A DNA stretch of 64,000 nt from Bilabrum cf. latius (GCA_965178125.1 OZ237743.1:682001-746000); one strand, 5' to 3'; positions 1 through 12,230 are shown, counted from the first letter of the stretch. Notes: generated from the sequence alone by a model not told the origin. Program-made: numbers and translations.

Positions 1-1
1 T

Positions 2-277
2 AAAATTATTGAGAATCTACCGCCTACACACGATGTCTATATCCAGACAGAAATTGATGGAGTTTTGACCGTAATTTTTACAAACAGTGATTAGGTAAAA
101 GAAATCACCAATCAATTAAAAAAAGACAGTAGAGAGAAGCTATTATATCTCAAATATTCAACCTATAAATGTATTATATAGACGAGGAATAAGTATAGAG
201 ATGATGACATTGTACTTCATTATTTGGCTGTTTGTCTATTAGAAAAGAAACCCATTCAATTATATAAGGCAAGATAA
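2..277 (+). CDS. Partial hypothetical viral protein (5' end outside window)
   Basis: Frame open from 2 to TAA at 275-277 when two in-frame TAG are read as Gln. Confidence 0.55.
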
Positions 278-328
278 TCATTTTATTATTTATTTATACA
301 TATTAAATAAATATATGACCTGTGAATG

Positions 329-441
329 ATACTTTCCAAAGTAGGTTCATACTTTTCGAAGTTGGTTCACACTTTTCAAAGTAGGTTCATACTTTCCGAA
401 GTTGGTTCATACTTTTCAAAGTAGGTTCATACTTTCCAAAG
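329..441. repeat. Tandem repeat, ~5.6 x 20 bp (ATACTTTYCRAAGTWGGTTC), alternating GTAG/GTTG variants
   Basis: Directly visible head-to-tail 20-bp units with no spacers. Confidence 0.95.
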
Positions 442-592
442 AACTATTTAACCGGTCTAATTAATTAATATTTTAATAATATTAATTATTATAATCACTT
501 ATATCTATAGTGTCTATTTTTAAGCCCCTAATTTATAATATAACGCGTTTAAAATGACTTAAAGATTATATTATATAGATATTATATAGAGA

Positions 593-1144
593 ATGTGTAA
601 AAAGTGTATTGAACAAATATAGGAACATACCGGTAATATAAAGTGGATGGACATTTAGAAGAAATTAATTCATATTGGCTCAACCGTTATTCAAGGTGAT
701 AAATTGGGTAATTGTATTTGTGGGCACGAGATACGAACCGAGCACGAAATAGAGCATACCCCTAGTGGATATGTTTTTAAAGTGGGTTCTAGTTGTATAA
801 AGTAGATGATAAAGGATAAAGAAAATCAAATTCGTAAAAAATGTTTATATTAGTGGTGTGGAATATGTAAAAAAGATGTCGCAAGAGACCGATATAATAA
901 GCACTGTGAAGGAATAAGACATATTGAGTTAGAAAAGAAATAGAAAAAGTTAGAGGAAAAAAAGAGGAATGAAAAAAGATGTGATGTGTGTCTTTGTAAA
1001 ATGCTTAGAGGTGATTGGAGGACAACCTGTAAGTCTTGTTATACGATTACAAAATATGGAAAAAAGGCGTGTAAAAAATGCGGAGTGTCTAGAATTAAAG
1101 ATATGAAATATTCAATTTGTTATAAATGTCATATTGGTAAATAA
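593..1144 (+). CDS. Cys-rich multi-zinc-finger protein, 183 aa (TAG=Gln)
   Basis: ATG593-TAA1144 with 5 in-frame TAG; motifs CICGH, VGSSCI, CGIC..H..H, CDVC, CKSC, CKKC, CYKC; absent from the ORF track. Confidence 0.8.
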
Positions 1145-1215
1145 TAATTAGATATTAATGATAAAATTAATATTTAACATATTGATGATGGGAGTTAGAA
1201 GGGGCTATATTACAA

Positions 1216-1400
1216 CCTTCTAAAGTGATGGAACTTTTGGGCTAGAAATACGATATCAATCAAATCATCTTCATAAAACTAATCCATCCACGTTTTGCTA
1301 AATAATACATATACTAATACGCAATTTGTGGATATAGCCATCGTATGGATTTTATTATAGAGATAACCATATATATTTTAATATTCTAGCCCTTTTATTA
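1216..1400. repeat. Dispersed repeat copy 1 (AAAGTGATGGAACT...ATCCACGTTTTGC...GCAATTTGTGGATAT)
   Basis: Same-orientation copies at ~8847-9035 and ~11678-11812. Confidence 0.85.
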
Positions 1401-1466
1401 GATGGTCAAGGTGTTCAACTATTAATAAAGATATCATATTTAATATTAGTATAAATATTAAATTAT

Positions 1467-2012
1467 TTAGAAATCTTTTAATGCTTCTTGAAGTTGCTCT
1501 CTAAAGGCTTCTTCATCATCATCTTCATCATCTGGTTTCTCAACATTTCTATTATTATCACGTTTTTGTTTCTTCTTGTTCCTCTTCTTAGTCTTTTTCT
1601 TGGGTCTTATTGGTTCTTCTTCTTCTTCTGGTTCCTCTACTTCATCGGGTATAAATTGACCGTATGACAAATTAATATATTTGATGGGTTTGTCCTTCTT
1701 TTTAATTGTCATTATGGGGTCTTTACTCTCAAAATCTCCTGTATAATAAATCGGGGGCTCACTGGAAAACATATAAATGTATGGAACAAATGGATTTTTG
1801 GCGCTGTCGGTCTTCATATCAGGGGTTAGATACAAACCATTCAATTCGTCTTCATCCACCAGTTCAAATTTATCTTCTACGGTATTATTAAAAAATATCC
1901 CTTTAAAAGTTTTAAAGAAGAATTGATTAATATATTTCTTGGCTTTCTTTATGGCTCCCTCTTCTAAAAGTTCCATTAATTCGCTTGGTTCATAACTCTA
2001 AAATTTTGACAT
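1467..2012 (-). CDS. Hypothetical protein with acidic/basic C-terminus, 181 aa
   Basis: Track ORF 1467-1976 extends in frame through one TAG to ATG at 2012; preceded by the ACGCGTTTAAAATGACTTAAAGA motif. Confidence 0.75.
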
Positions 2013-2106
2013 TCTATATATATTATAATAAAATAAAATCTTTAAGTCATTTTAAACGCGTCTATTTGGCTTAAAAATAAAATATCTATAGGTTATATAT
2101 ATAAAA

Positions 2107-2451
2107 ATGGTTAAATTAAGTGATATTCAAATCGTTAGAACTCAACTTGTTAAAAACAATAAGCCCGTATATAATTTTGTGTTCCCTCTTCGTGAAAATG
2201 ATAATGGATATAATGATTTAGAAATGAAGACTTTATTAAAAAAATATATCTAGAGGTTATTAAAACAAAAGCCCCATTTAAAGAATTATGATGCGTATGT
2301 TAGCTCTCTCTACCCCATAGGCTGGCGAACTGGTTCACCATTTAAATTAAAGGATGATGTAATGTTATTCAGTCCTTCTTCTCGTTATACCTTCTTAAGC
2401 GATGAGCAAGTGAAGAGATTTATATTAATCCTCACTGCTCCGAAACAATAA
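2107..2451 (+). CDS. Hypothetical protein, 114 aa
   Basis: ATG2107-TAA2451 with one in-frame TAG. Confidence 0.65.
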
Positions 2452-2529
2452 TTACATTTTATAATTTAAACTTTATAATATGTGTTTAAAATGGCTTAAA
2501 AATATATTAAATATAATATACTATAGGAA

Positions 2530-4029
2530 ATGATAAATTACGAAAATGTGTTAAATCAATTAAATATATGCTTTGGTAAAAAGTATGATAACCCCATTCA
2601 ATCCGTGAAGTATCTAGAAAAGGTATTTAACGGTAAGCCCATAACTACAAAGAACCTTTATAAACTTGTTTCAGGTCTAAAAATGGATATAGAGATTAGA
2701 GAGAAAGACGATATAAAGGTCTATTATCTAAGTAGGAAAAAAGAGAGTTTTAAAAGGGTTTGTTTAGAATATAAAGATGGTTCATTTAAAGCCGTCTAGA
2801 GGATGAAACCTTTATTTGTGCGGTGCCATAAATCTATGGTTGTTAAATTAACCGATAAAGCCGAAATAATTGAAAAAGATAAATATAGAGTTGAGAGCCT
2901 GACCGATTATCATTCAAAGAAATATTATCTTCATTACACCATTCACGAATGCCCAGAGGATGAAGATATCAAAGAATGGAGCTTAAGGCTGAGTATAGCA
3001 AGTGATGAATTACACGACGAGAACCCATCATTAGATGTAATGAAATATGGAATCAGACAAACAGCCCTTCATTTCTTTACAATGTTTAATATGATGATAG
3101 ATAGCCCACCAGATATAACCCCAGAGGAAGCGGTATTTATTGAAGGTTCAACGCGTGGCGGGATTCAATATCACAAGAAGGGACAATATGAGGAGTTTAT
3201 CACCTACGATATAAATAGTCATTACCCCGCCATTATGTCATCTAATTCACTACTACCATATGGAAATCCTATTTATAAAACAATTGATAATAAATATATA
3301 AATAATAAAAACGAAATAGGGATTTATAAATGTAAGGTAAGCCGTGGAAAATGCGACCCGAATATCTTTCAAATGATGAAGGTATTTGAAAATGAATTTA
3401 CTTATTATGTCTTTACAGATATGAATATGTTTGTTAAATATGGTTGTGAGATAGAGATGTCAAGCGACGAATTTAATTTTATGACCTATGATAAATATAT
3501 CAAAAGTGAAACACTTTTTAAATCCTATGTCTCAATGTTCTACAAATTAAAAAGCAAATCATATCTAGCAAAAGAAATATTAAATTCATTATGGGGTAAA
3601 TTATGTAGTTCCTCTAAAAAGACAATTACATCAAAAGACGATAAAAAAATAAATATAGATAAATTTGATATTGACCGTGTAGAAATGGATAATGACGGAG
3701 AATTTATTTATCATTTGAAACATAAAGTACCCTTTAAATATAGCTGGGGAAAATTGAAACCTTTTATTCTGGCATATGGAAGACAACGATTGATGAAGAA
3801 AGTGAATAAGAACAACGCTAAACATATTATACGAATTCACACCGACAGTATCACATTTAACAAAAGATTAAATTTTAAAGTAGGTAAAGAATTAGGTGAA
3901 TATAAAAAAGAATAGATTAATGAAGAAGGATAGAAATTAATTATCCACGGATAGAATGATTTAATGGTCGTAAATGAAAAAGAAGAAATTATATCAAGGA
4001 AAGGAAAAAAAGGCGGTTTAATGCTTTGA
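2530..4029 (+). CDS. Family B DNA polymerase-like protein, 499 aa, no recognisable exonuclease domain
   Basis: Track ORFs 2530-2799 and 2803-3915 share a frame and join via TAG, ending at TGA4029. Motifs YDINSHYP, KEILNSLWGK and IHTDSI. Confidence 0.85.
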
Positions 4030-4223
4030 ATTAAATATTTATTAATTATATAATATATGATTAATATTATTAGTAATATCTTTGTTTAGTATGCTATTAA
4101 GAAGGCATTAAAGAAGGTAAAAAATAAATTAATGAAGAATCCAAATAATAAAAGACTCTATGAAGAATATAGAAAGAAAACGGCTCACGCAATTAAAAAA
4201 TTATCATTTTATTAATTATATAG

Positions 4224-4931
4224 ATGAATGATAATATACCTAATTATGTTAATAGTCCTAAATTATGGCGTCAGGCAGTTGAGAAAGTAAATAGAACGTA
4301 TAAAAAGCCTTCAGCTTATCGTTCATTAGCATATTTTGCTCGTTATAAAAAACTAGGGGGGACATATGATAAAATTAAATTAAATGAAGCATAGAAAAAT
4401 TTAAGAAGGTGGAAATTAGAGGATTGGAAGAATTAGAAGGGAGAAAAGGGATATTAGGAAAAAGGAGATATATATAGACCCACTAAAAGAATAAATAAAG
4501 AGACCCCTTTAACCTTTGGAGAATTAGACACGGAAGAAATAGAGGAAGCAATGAAGGAAAAATTTAATAACGGACACGTGAAATCATTTAGACCTAAACC
4601 AGTTTTTAATTTATATAAATCAACTAAATCAAATAAAAAATATATGATTAAAGTAGTTCAAGGTAATAATATTCTGTTTACTGTTCATTTTGGTGGAATT
4701 AAGAATGATGGTACCCCTTATATGGACTTTATACAATATTATAATAAAGATGGAGAGAAGGAAGCAAACCGTAAAAAGAAAAATTATATTAAAAGACATT
4801 CAATAAATGAAGACTTTAAAGACTATAAATCCCCCGCTTTTTGGTCTAGGTTTGTATTATGGAATGAACCAACATTAAAAGATAGCTTTATGGACGCCGT
4901 AGATAGAGCTAAAAAATTAATGAAAGTTTAA
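4224..4931 (+). CDS. Two-domain viral protein, 235 aa: N-terminal KPSAYRS..YKKLGG..RW..EDW..YRPTKRI domain plus C-terminal Tlr6F/DUF5754-like domain
   Basis: ATG4224 is in frame with track ORF 4551-4931 through 3 TAG; motifs KKYMIKV, VHFG, YIKRH and SPAFWSRFVLW recalled from NCLDV/PLV/virophage proteins. Confidence 0.7.
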
Positions 4932-4984
4932 TATTATAGGTTTGATATAAGTTTTAGTTTTTCTCTTATTTATATATACAAAAA

Positions 4985-5506
4985 ATGAGCTTAGCAAGAT
5001 TATCGCAACCTAATGATATATCTATTCAATGTAAGAATGTCGCAACTGGTAGATTAGATAGTAGTGGTCTATATGTAAATGCTGTTGTGAATAGTAGTGA
5101 TGTAGTTGTTAGCAACGCAGGATTACATCTTGACAGTAAGGGTATTTCTTACATCACTTCGGGTCAAGCTTTACGATTCGGTGCCAATACCGCATCTGCT
5201 GGTTTAGTTATGAGTTTTGATGAAGACGGTCACGAATGTGATTTAACCGTAAAAGGTGAAGTAGTAGCAAATAACACCGTAGCGCATAAAGGAAGGGTAA
5301 ATTGGAGTGGTGGAGGTGCTACTGAATTTGCTAGTGTTCCGGGTATGACTTCTAGTGATTTGGTTTTTATTACTACAATCACCCCCGCCAGTGAGCCGGT
5401 TGAATTTTCCCACGTAGTAGCAGGAACCGATGGATTTACGATTCATTTAACGGGTGGTAATTCCTCTAATGATTGGTCGGCTAATTGGATGGTTATTAAA
5501 GGTTGA
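4985..5506 (+). CDS. Putative fibre/spike-like virion protein, 173 aa; homologue of 23740-24270
   Basis: Beta-rich, Gly/Ser/Thr-rich; shares LRFG.N..SAG, W.GG, PG....D.V.ITT and VVAGTD.FT.HL.G with 23740-24270. Confidence 0.65.
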   Translation: MSLARLSQPNDISIQCKNVATGRLDSSGLYVNAVVNSSDVVVSNAGLHLDSKGISYITSGQALRFGANTASAGLVMSFDEDGHECDLTVKGEVVANNTVAHKGRVNWSGGGATEFASVPGMTSSDLVFITTITPASEPVEFSHVVAGTDGFTIHLTGGNSSNDWSANWMVIKG

Positions 5507-5548
5507 AAAATCTTTTTATTTATAAAAAAAATAAATAAATAGATAAAT

Positions 5549-5851
5549 TTAAATTGATATCTCCGGTGGTTTAATCCCGCTATTAAGCAGGGTTTGATTA
5601 AGTTTCTTGATATATTCCTCTAGTATATCCTTTTTTGGTTCTTTGAGATTTTTTTGGTGTTTCTTCGTTCGTTCGTGTCTCGTTCTGTCCTTCCTTCTAT
5701 AATAACAATCACACACATCGCATTTAACTTTTTCATTTCCTCTAGCTAAATATTTTTTATTCCATTTGTCTTTGTTTGTTTTGTAATATTCCTACATATA
5801 ATTAATTTTTGGTTGTTCCTATGTATTGCTTGAACTCTAAATATCGCTCAT
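5549..5851 (-). CDS. Small C2H2/zinc-ribbon protein, 100 aa
   Basis: ATG5851 to TAA5549 with 3 TAG; KVKCDVCDCYYRRKDRTRHERTKKH. Confidence 0.75.
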
Positions 5852-5909
5852 CACTATATATTATATAAATATATAATGTTTAAGTTATTTTAAACACATA
5901 AAAAAGGTA

Positions 5910-8687
5910 TTAAATATTCTAATCTAATCGTTCGTTGGATTCCTTGTATACGTCCTTCATTTCGGGATACTAATATTTATAAACTTCATCAAATAATTCT
6001 TTCTCCTTGGTGAATTTAATTCTTAATTCTCTATCCTTTTTATCCTTTTTATTTCCCATACTCCAAGAGGTTTTAATATTTCCAAATAACTACTTATATA
6101 ATTTTACTATTGCCCCGTGTAATTCACTATCGGTTTCTATTGGCTTCTATAATCTCGCCCCGCTTACTTCTACATATCTTTTACCCATTTCTATATATTT
6201 AATGGATTTCTCATTTTTACGTGTATAACTTAAATCAAATTTATTCAATTTAAGCGTCTATAACATCTCCTACAATATGATTATTTTATTCTTTGTACTT
6301 TTTGCTTTCTCATCCTTAAAATCCTTTCTATCCTTTAATTCTGTCATTAGTTTATATTTATCTTTTCTCTTGAAATTAGCATAATTAAAATAATTCATTA
6401 ATTTGTAATTATCAATTAATAACATTTTAATATCCTCCGTTATGGCTGTCTCTGGTAGCCCTAAAATTTCAATTCTTCTTTTTATATGGTCGTTCTCTAC
6501 ATCAAATGAATCAATCTTTTCTTGTAGTATCTCCATTGTCGCCTCTTTCATCTGCTATTTATTCATTCGTTGTGGTAATTCCTTATCCACCTATACATCG
6601 GCACCCCTGTTTTTAAGAATAAGCTATAAATGAATATATTTATTTGTTTCGTATGTATCACATTTGAAATTATATAATTTCTTGAGTGGTAAATAAACCT
6701 TATATGATGCCTCTATCATTGCTTTATGGGCTATCTCTTCATCATCTTCTCCCTCAAAAATATCAATGTCAATATCATTCTCCTACATTATCCTTTTTTC
6801 GTATTTTTCTAATTTAGTATATAAATCTGTCTATGCGTTAATTTCCATATTTAAGGTCGTCTATACCTCCTTTAAATTCTCATATCTTGGATAAATGGAT
6901 TTTACATCTTCAAAATATATATTCATATATTCGGGATTTCTACATCTTGCCAGTTGCTACATCATCTACGGCGGTAGAATCGTTTTTCCTTTATATAATC
7001 CATACACTGGGCGCTCCATTACACTATCTAATCCGTAAATGACTTTAGGACTAAATATAATTTTATCATATTTATCTAAGCTCACATCCTCATCAGGTAA
7101 TAAATCACTAGTAATTAATTTAACGTCCTCTATACCATCTTTACATAACATTTTATAAAATGTATCTGCGTTCTTCTTGCTATCACACGCCAGTATAAAT
7201 TTATCTTCACTTTTTAATTTATCGTAAAATTTCTATTGGTCTTTTTCAAAATATACTTTTACGTCCTTAAAATGCTTATATTTATTCTTAATGAAGCTAA
7301 ATTCTACTCCAGCACATTTTAAAAATTTCATCGCTATCTGGGATATGTCAGCATCTACAGCAATAAACTATTTACACGTCCTTATCATTTTTAAAATAAT
7401 AAATAATACAAGAACCCTATTATTATTCATCGTGGTAGAACTTAATATATGCTCTATAATGCTATTGAATTCATCCAAAAATACGATGTATTTAGAAAAA
7501 TCATAATTCACAATTTGGGGGATACTTTCCGGCGTAATAATAAGAGACTATCCAAAATCAAAAGTTTTATTCTGGTAGAACTCACATTTAATATCTTCAT
7601 TTAAAAAGCTCTCGTATTGCTCTGTGCCTAAACATACACGGGATACAATGGATAAGAACGGCGTTTGAACCTGTTTAATGTATTTCTTAAATGCTGTTGT
7701 TTTACCTGTTCCTGTATCACTTTTTACCACATAATTATATTCATATTTAAAAAATCGTTCGGGCTTCTCTATATCATCTAATTTAGGTTTATTAATTTCT
7801 GTATACCCGTTAATATTCTCGTCATAAGGACGATAATAACACTTTGAAATATACTTATCTTTCACAAATGCCTTTAAACTTTTATCATTCTAAATTATTG
7901 AATTAACTAAATTAAAGGTTTTTAACTTATCAAAATAATGGATAGAGTTCCACACCTTGTTATTTTTGTGGTAGTCGTATTTATTGCCCTTCTTGCTCCA
8001 CTCCTACCACTCCTTCTTAAATCCTAAATATTTACTCGCTAGGGTTGCTTTATACCAATCACTATAATTATTTAAATATTTCTTATCTAGTCTATTTAAT
8101 ATAATTGACCAGTCTTTACCATTTAAAATGAATTTCATCATACAGTTATTCACATCTTGATTATCAATTTTTGATATCCTTTTACTCGCCCCTTTTACGT
8201 TGGATTTCTTAGAGGATTTAATAATATACTTTTCATAAAATTTATAAAGCTCCTTAGGACATTTTTTTATTTCTACATTATTAATAACTTCGTATTTTGA
8301 CCCATTTATGCCACTTGGTGGTGCCACTACATAAGCCCCATCATTCCTAATATCAACGTCAATATCTCTATTGGTGGTAGTTAATATATTCTAATCATAT
8401 TTAAAATATAGATGATACCCTCCACCCGCTGTTTTAACCGTGAATGTGTTGAACCGCTTCACAAAGTCATCTGAAAATTTCTTGATGAATAAATGCTCCT
8501 TCTTATCGCTCCATTTATATGAATCAATATCAAACACGGTTATATTATTAATTTCTCCGGTGATAATAGCCATATTCTGATTATTAAATCGTTTAGGCTC
8601 GGGTTTGGTGAGATATCGCCAGCTTTTAACATCAGGTATTTTTTGATTGTGCTTGATGGGGAAACTAACGAGGTTTTTATTATTCAT
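5910..8687 (-). CDS. Prim-pol (bifunctional primase/polymerase) + PriCT-like + SF2 origin-binding-type helicase, 925 aa
   Basis: Five track ORFs lie in one frame joined by at least 18 TAG, ending at TAA5910. Motifs TGEINNITVFDID, TAGGGYHLYF, DTGTGKTT, VFLDEFNS, DADIS and QQLARCR. Confidence 0.88.
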
Positions 8688-8846
8688 TTTCTATATATAT
8701 TATTAGAAATATATTTTTAAACTATTTTAAACGCCATATTTAATTATAGAGGGCTTAAAGGGGCTATAATAATTAATGAAGGTAAAAGGTGATTTTTGCC
8801 ATTTAGCCCTAAAAAATAGATTGTGATATGAATGGTGTATTTTAAC

Positions 8847-9035
8847 ACCTTCTAAAGTGATGGAACTATTTTTAAAAATTATCTAAAGGTCCCATACCAC
8901 CTTCACAAGAGGCCCTACATCCACGTTTTGCTAGAAATACTATATAATTATACGCAATTTGTGGATATAGCCATCGTATAGATTTTAATATAGCGGTTAT
9001 ATTAAAATATTTTATTAAATTCTAGCCCGTTTATT
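8847..9035. repeat. Dispersed repeat copy 2
   Basis: Matches 1216-1400 and 11678-11812. Confidence 0.85.
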
Positions 9036-9050
9036 AAGTTGTAGGGGCTT

Positions 9051-9821
9051 TTAATTATAGATATCTTGTAGTTTTTCGTGTTCGGCCTTCACATAAAGGG
9101 TCAAATATACACGGCTATTCCAAAACTCAGGGCTGTTTATATCATCGCTATTATTAATATTAAAATTTCTTTTAATTTTACAAATCATAATTTGTAATTT
9201 ACGAGGGCTAAACTATTTCTTAAGAGCCTCTACATCGGGTAAATTAATTTCACCAAAAAATACATCATTTCCATTTACGGACACTTTATACCTATAATCC
9301 TGATTCTCTAATTTAATTAAATCACCTATTATTTTTTTCTCTTCCTCAGGTATCATTTCATCATCAGTTTCTGCTTCTATCTAGTCTTGTTCGGTACTAA
9401 CGCTGTTTATTTCACTTTCACTGTCAGGCTCCATACCGGTAAATTTTTCATCTATTGCGGTCTATCTAATTAATTCTGGCGGTTGTAAATCATCTACATC
9501 ATTATAAATTTTATTATTCTGTGGTTTATAGTCATTAAATTTATCTAGAATGTATGTTTGGTTAATTTCAAGCTGGTCGTTATTATCGTGTTGTATCTTC
9601 TGTTTCTCTTCTTTCTTGGGTTTTTTGACGGCTTTTTTCTCTTTAATATCACTAACTATATTTTTATTAATTAATTTAGACGTGGAAAACCTTCCACCTA
9701 AATCTACATACGTAGTAATGGTCTCTAAAATTTTTTGCGTACTATCTGTAATATGGTCTGTAGCCTTATAAATCTGCTTCATTAGGACGGGATTTTCAAT
9801 GACATAATTATTAAAGTTCAT
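9051..9821 (-). CDS. Hypothetical protein, 256 aa; C-terminus weakly resembles the DUF5754-like domain (VFFG...SPEFWNSRV)
   Basis: Track ORF 9462-9821 continues through 2 TAG to TAA9051. Confidence 0.7.
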
Positions 9822-10133
9822 ATCTATAATACTAAGTTATAATTTTTGAGTTTTAAAAAAACGCTTAGAGGTGGGGGGGTTATGTGGGGGTTATCCCTAG
9901 CCTATAGGCTAGGGTTATGGGTCTGGCTTCAATTATTCAATCCAATTCTCCTTCCTTTGCGGTTCCATCCGTCAGTTTATACCCTCCTGCCCTACATTTT
10001 CATCACTTCCTCGTGCTGGAACTTCTCACTGCTACCACTGGAATCGGCTATCGTCTACCACCTTCTCATCTTCATCTTCGGAACCTGTGCTACGCCAAAA
10101 TTTATCTGGACCACACATAAAACACATAAAACA

Positions 10134-10601
10134 ATGGCCGGGGTTTCTACAGATGTTAATGATGAAGTAATGAAGGCGCTTATTGCTGGTATTGAAGACA
10201 TTGGAGCAGTGGGCGAGGAGTGGGACAGGGTTCTTCAATCTTTTGACGGCGAGACTGCCACGGTGAAGCTAGGCGAGGAAATCCAGACCTATGAGATTAT
10301 CACCGAAGAAGAAGCAGACAAACGTTTGGACGACCACGCTACAGAGACGCTTGCTTCCTTCGTTCCTGCGTTCCTCTCGCGCTTCCTGCCTTGCGATGCC
10401 GATATCATAAGCACCGCTACCGCTGACGCGAACCACAGCGAGGCTTTAAGCGCCCTTCTTAAGTCATTTATAGTGGCTTAGGGGCGCTGGGACGACCTCA
10501 TTCAGGCCTGTAAAGATGAGGACGGGCTGGGACATTTTCTAAACAGCTACGACGGGAGCACGAGCGAGCAAAATGGATACGTGGTGATGCGTGTGGATTG
10601 A
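10134..10601 (+). CDS. Phage-like hypothetical protein, 155 aa (YEIITEEEAD...DGLGHFLNSYDG)
   Basis: ATG10134, one TAG (10479), TGA10601. Motif recalled from uncharacterised phage/bacterial proteins; GC-richer than flanks. Confidence 0.65.
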
Positions 10602-10784
10602 TTGGATTGACTGAGACCACAAATGAAACATTGAAATGCTCTTCAATGCGGGATTCCACCCGTGTCAATGCTGGAAGCACGGTTCGTACCCTGCTACACA
10701 CGACAGCGTGGCCACTCCAATATAGCCGTGTCCCTACCAATAACAAACACGACAATTTATAATAAAAAAGGTTGTTCAACCTTC

Positions 10785-11478
10785 TCACTTCTCCATCTTG
10801 GGCTAAGAACCCGCCGTCCGGGGATAGTCCTGGATGAGATTCTCATTGCCGCGAAACCGCTTGGCTGGTGCGGCGATGCCAGATTCCAGAAGAAGCTACT
10901 TGTTGAAGTCTTGGCGGCGCTTCCTCTTCTGGTTCTTCTCCAAAACATCACCAACGAGCGATGGGATGTCATATGCTGGAAGAAATGGCTTGAGGATAGC
11001 CATTTTCTGTGCCAAGAACGCCTGTGTCTGCCTCGTCTCCGCGTAATCTCTGCCGTGATGTAGAATCTTCAGCACGCCATTAATCCGGTCAAAGTCAGCA
11101 TCGGTATCGTCAAGACTCCCCTTGGGGAATATTGAAGCGATAACAGCGAGTAGAGCCTTTGAGTTGACGCCTGTCGGTTCCAATGCTCCGACCGCCTCCC
11201 GAATTGCCTTCTCCAGCGACTTCCCGGTTTGCTCAACGAGGTGCATGTCCCCTAGTAGCCTTGAATGCGCTTTCAAAAGCTTCTTGGGGTTCTTCTCGGT
11301 TTGTACGGTGTCCTGGAAGGTGAGTAGCGCTTCCGTTCCCGTTTTCTTGCGTTGGTCGGGCTTGAAGAGCTGCGTTGGCGAGCAAAACCGGTGCGATAGA
11401 TACAGATACGGTCAGCAAAGCAATTTCCATATGTTGATTATCTATCCTGTGGATTCTTACCTCAATCTTGCGGTCCAT
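10785..11478 (-). CDS. Two-exon hypothetical protein, 200 aa: join(11478-11461, 11369-10785)
   Basis: Phase-0 intron 11460-11370 with GTAAGA donor, GCTGAC branch point and CGCAG acceptor removes an in-frame TGA and joins MDRKIE to the long ORF; 2 TAG read through. Confidence 0.65.
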
Positions 11479-11677
11479 ATCTATTGTTTTAGGCTGGTGA
11501 AGTGATCAGCTGGCCTACAGCGTCATCGTTCCGGGGTGTATTGAACTGTGGCGCTTGTGGTATTGCGATGACGAGTGTAGCAAGTTGCTGTAGCGCGTTT
11601 GTTCCATTTGTGAAGGTATAAGCGAGGATAAGGGGGTATAATGAAGGTAGTTTAGAAGGTTGAATAATGGAGTCCCA

Positions 11678-11812
11678 TAAAGTGATGGAACTTTTGGCTA
11701 GAAAATGGCTAGAGTCCCAGAACACCTTCACAAGAGGGCTACATCCACGTTTTGCTAAATAATACATATACTAATACGCAATTTGTGGATATGGTCATCG
11801 TATAGAGTTTTA
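11678..11812. repeat. Dispersed repeat copy 3
   Basis: Matches 1216-1400 and 8847-9035. Confidence 0.85.
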
Positions 11813-12104
11813 TATATAATTGATTTTCTATAATTAGAAGGATAAAGCAGTTATATGAAGTAGCAGTATGAAGAGGCTCACCTTGACTTTTGGAGCGACT
11901 AGCGAGAAAAGGAATGGAGAGAGGGAAGAGCTTTAGCTCTGACTGAACGTAATTATTGAAACTTGTTTCCTTAACCGAAGGGAATAAATTTATTTATTAC
12001 CGTAGCGGGGGGGTTCCGAACTCTCACTTAGTTAGTACCAGAAGCTCTTTCCTGATAGTTTTACTGATGATGATAGCGAACAATGTCAAATTTAATTTAT
12101 TTTT

Positions 12105-12230
12105 ATTTGGTTATGATAAGATTTATGATAAGAATATTTGGTTACGAATAAAATTTATGATAGGAATTATGATAGGAAATTAGAGTTTTATGATAGGAAA
12201 TAATTGGTTTATGATAGGAATATTTGGTCT
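12105..12230. repeat. Cluster of six TTATGATARG(AA) direct repeats (iteron-like)
   Basis: Copies start at about 12111, 12123, 12155, 12167, 12188 and 12209, followed by poly-T tracts. Confidence 0.8.

Noticed and set aside
329-441. CRISPR array
   Set aside because: Units are contiguous with no unique spacers, there are no cas genes, and the context is eukaryotic.
4057-4215. 52-codon basic ORF with one TAG
   Set aside because: Plausible, but too short and motif-free to support as a feature.
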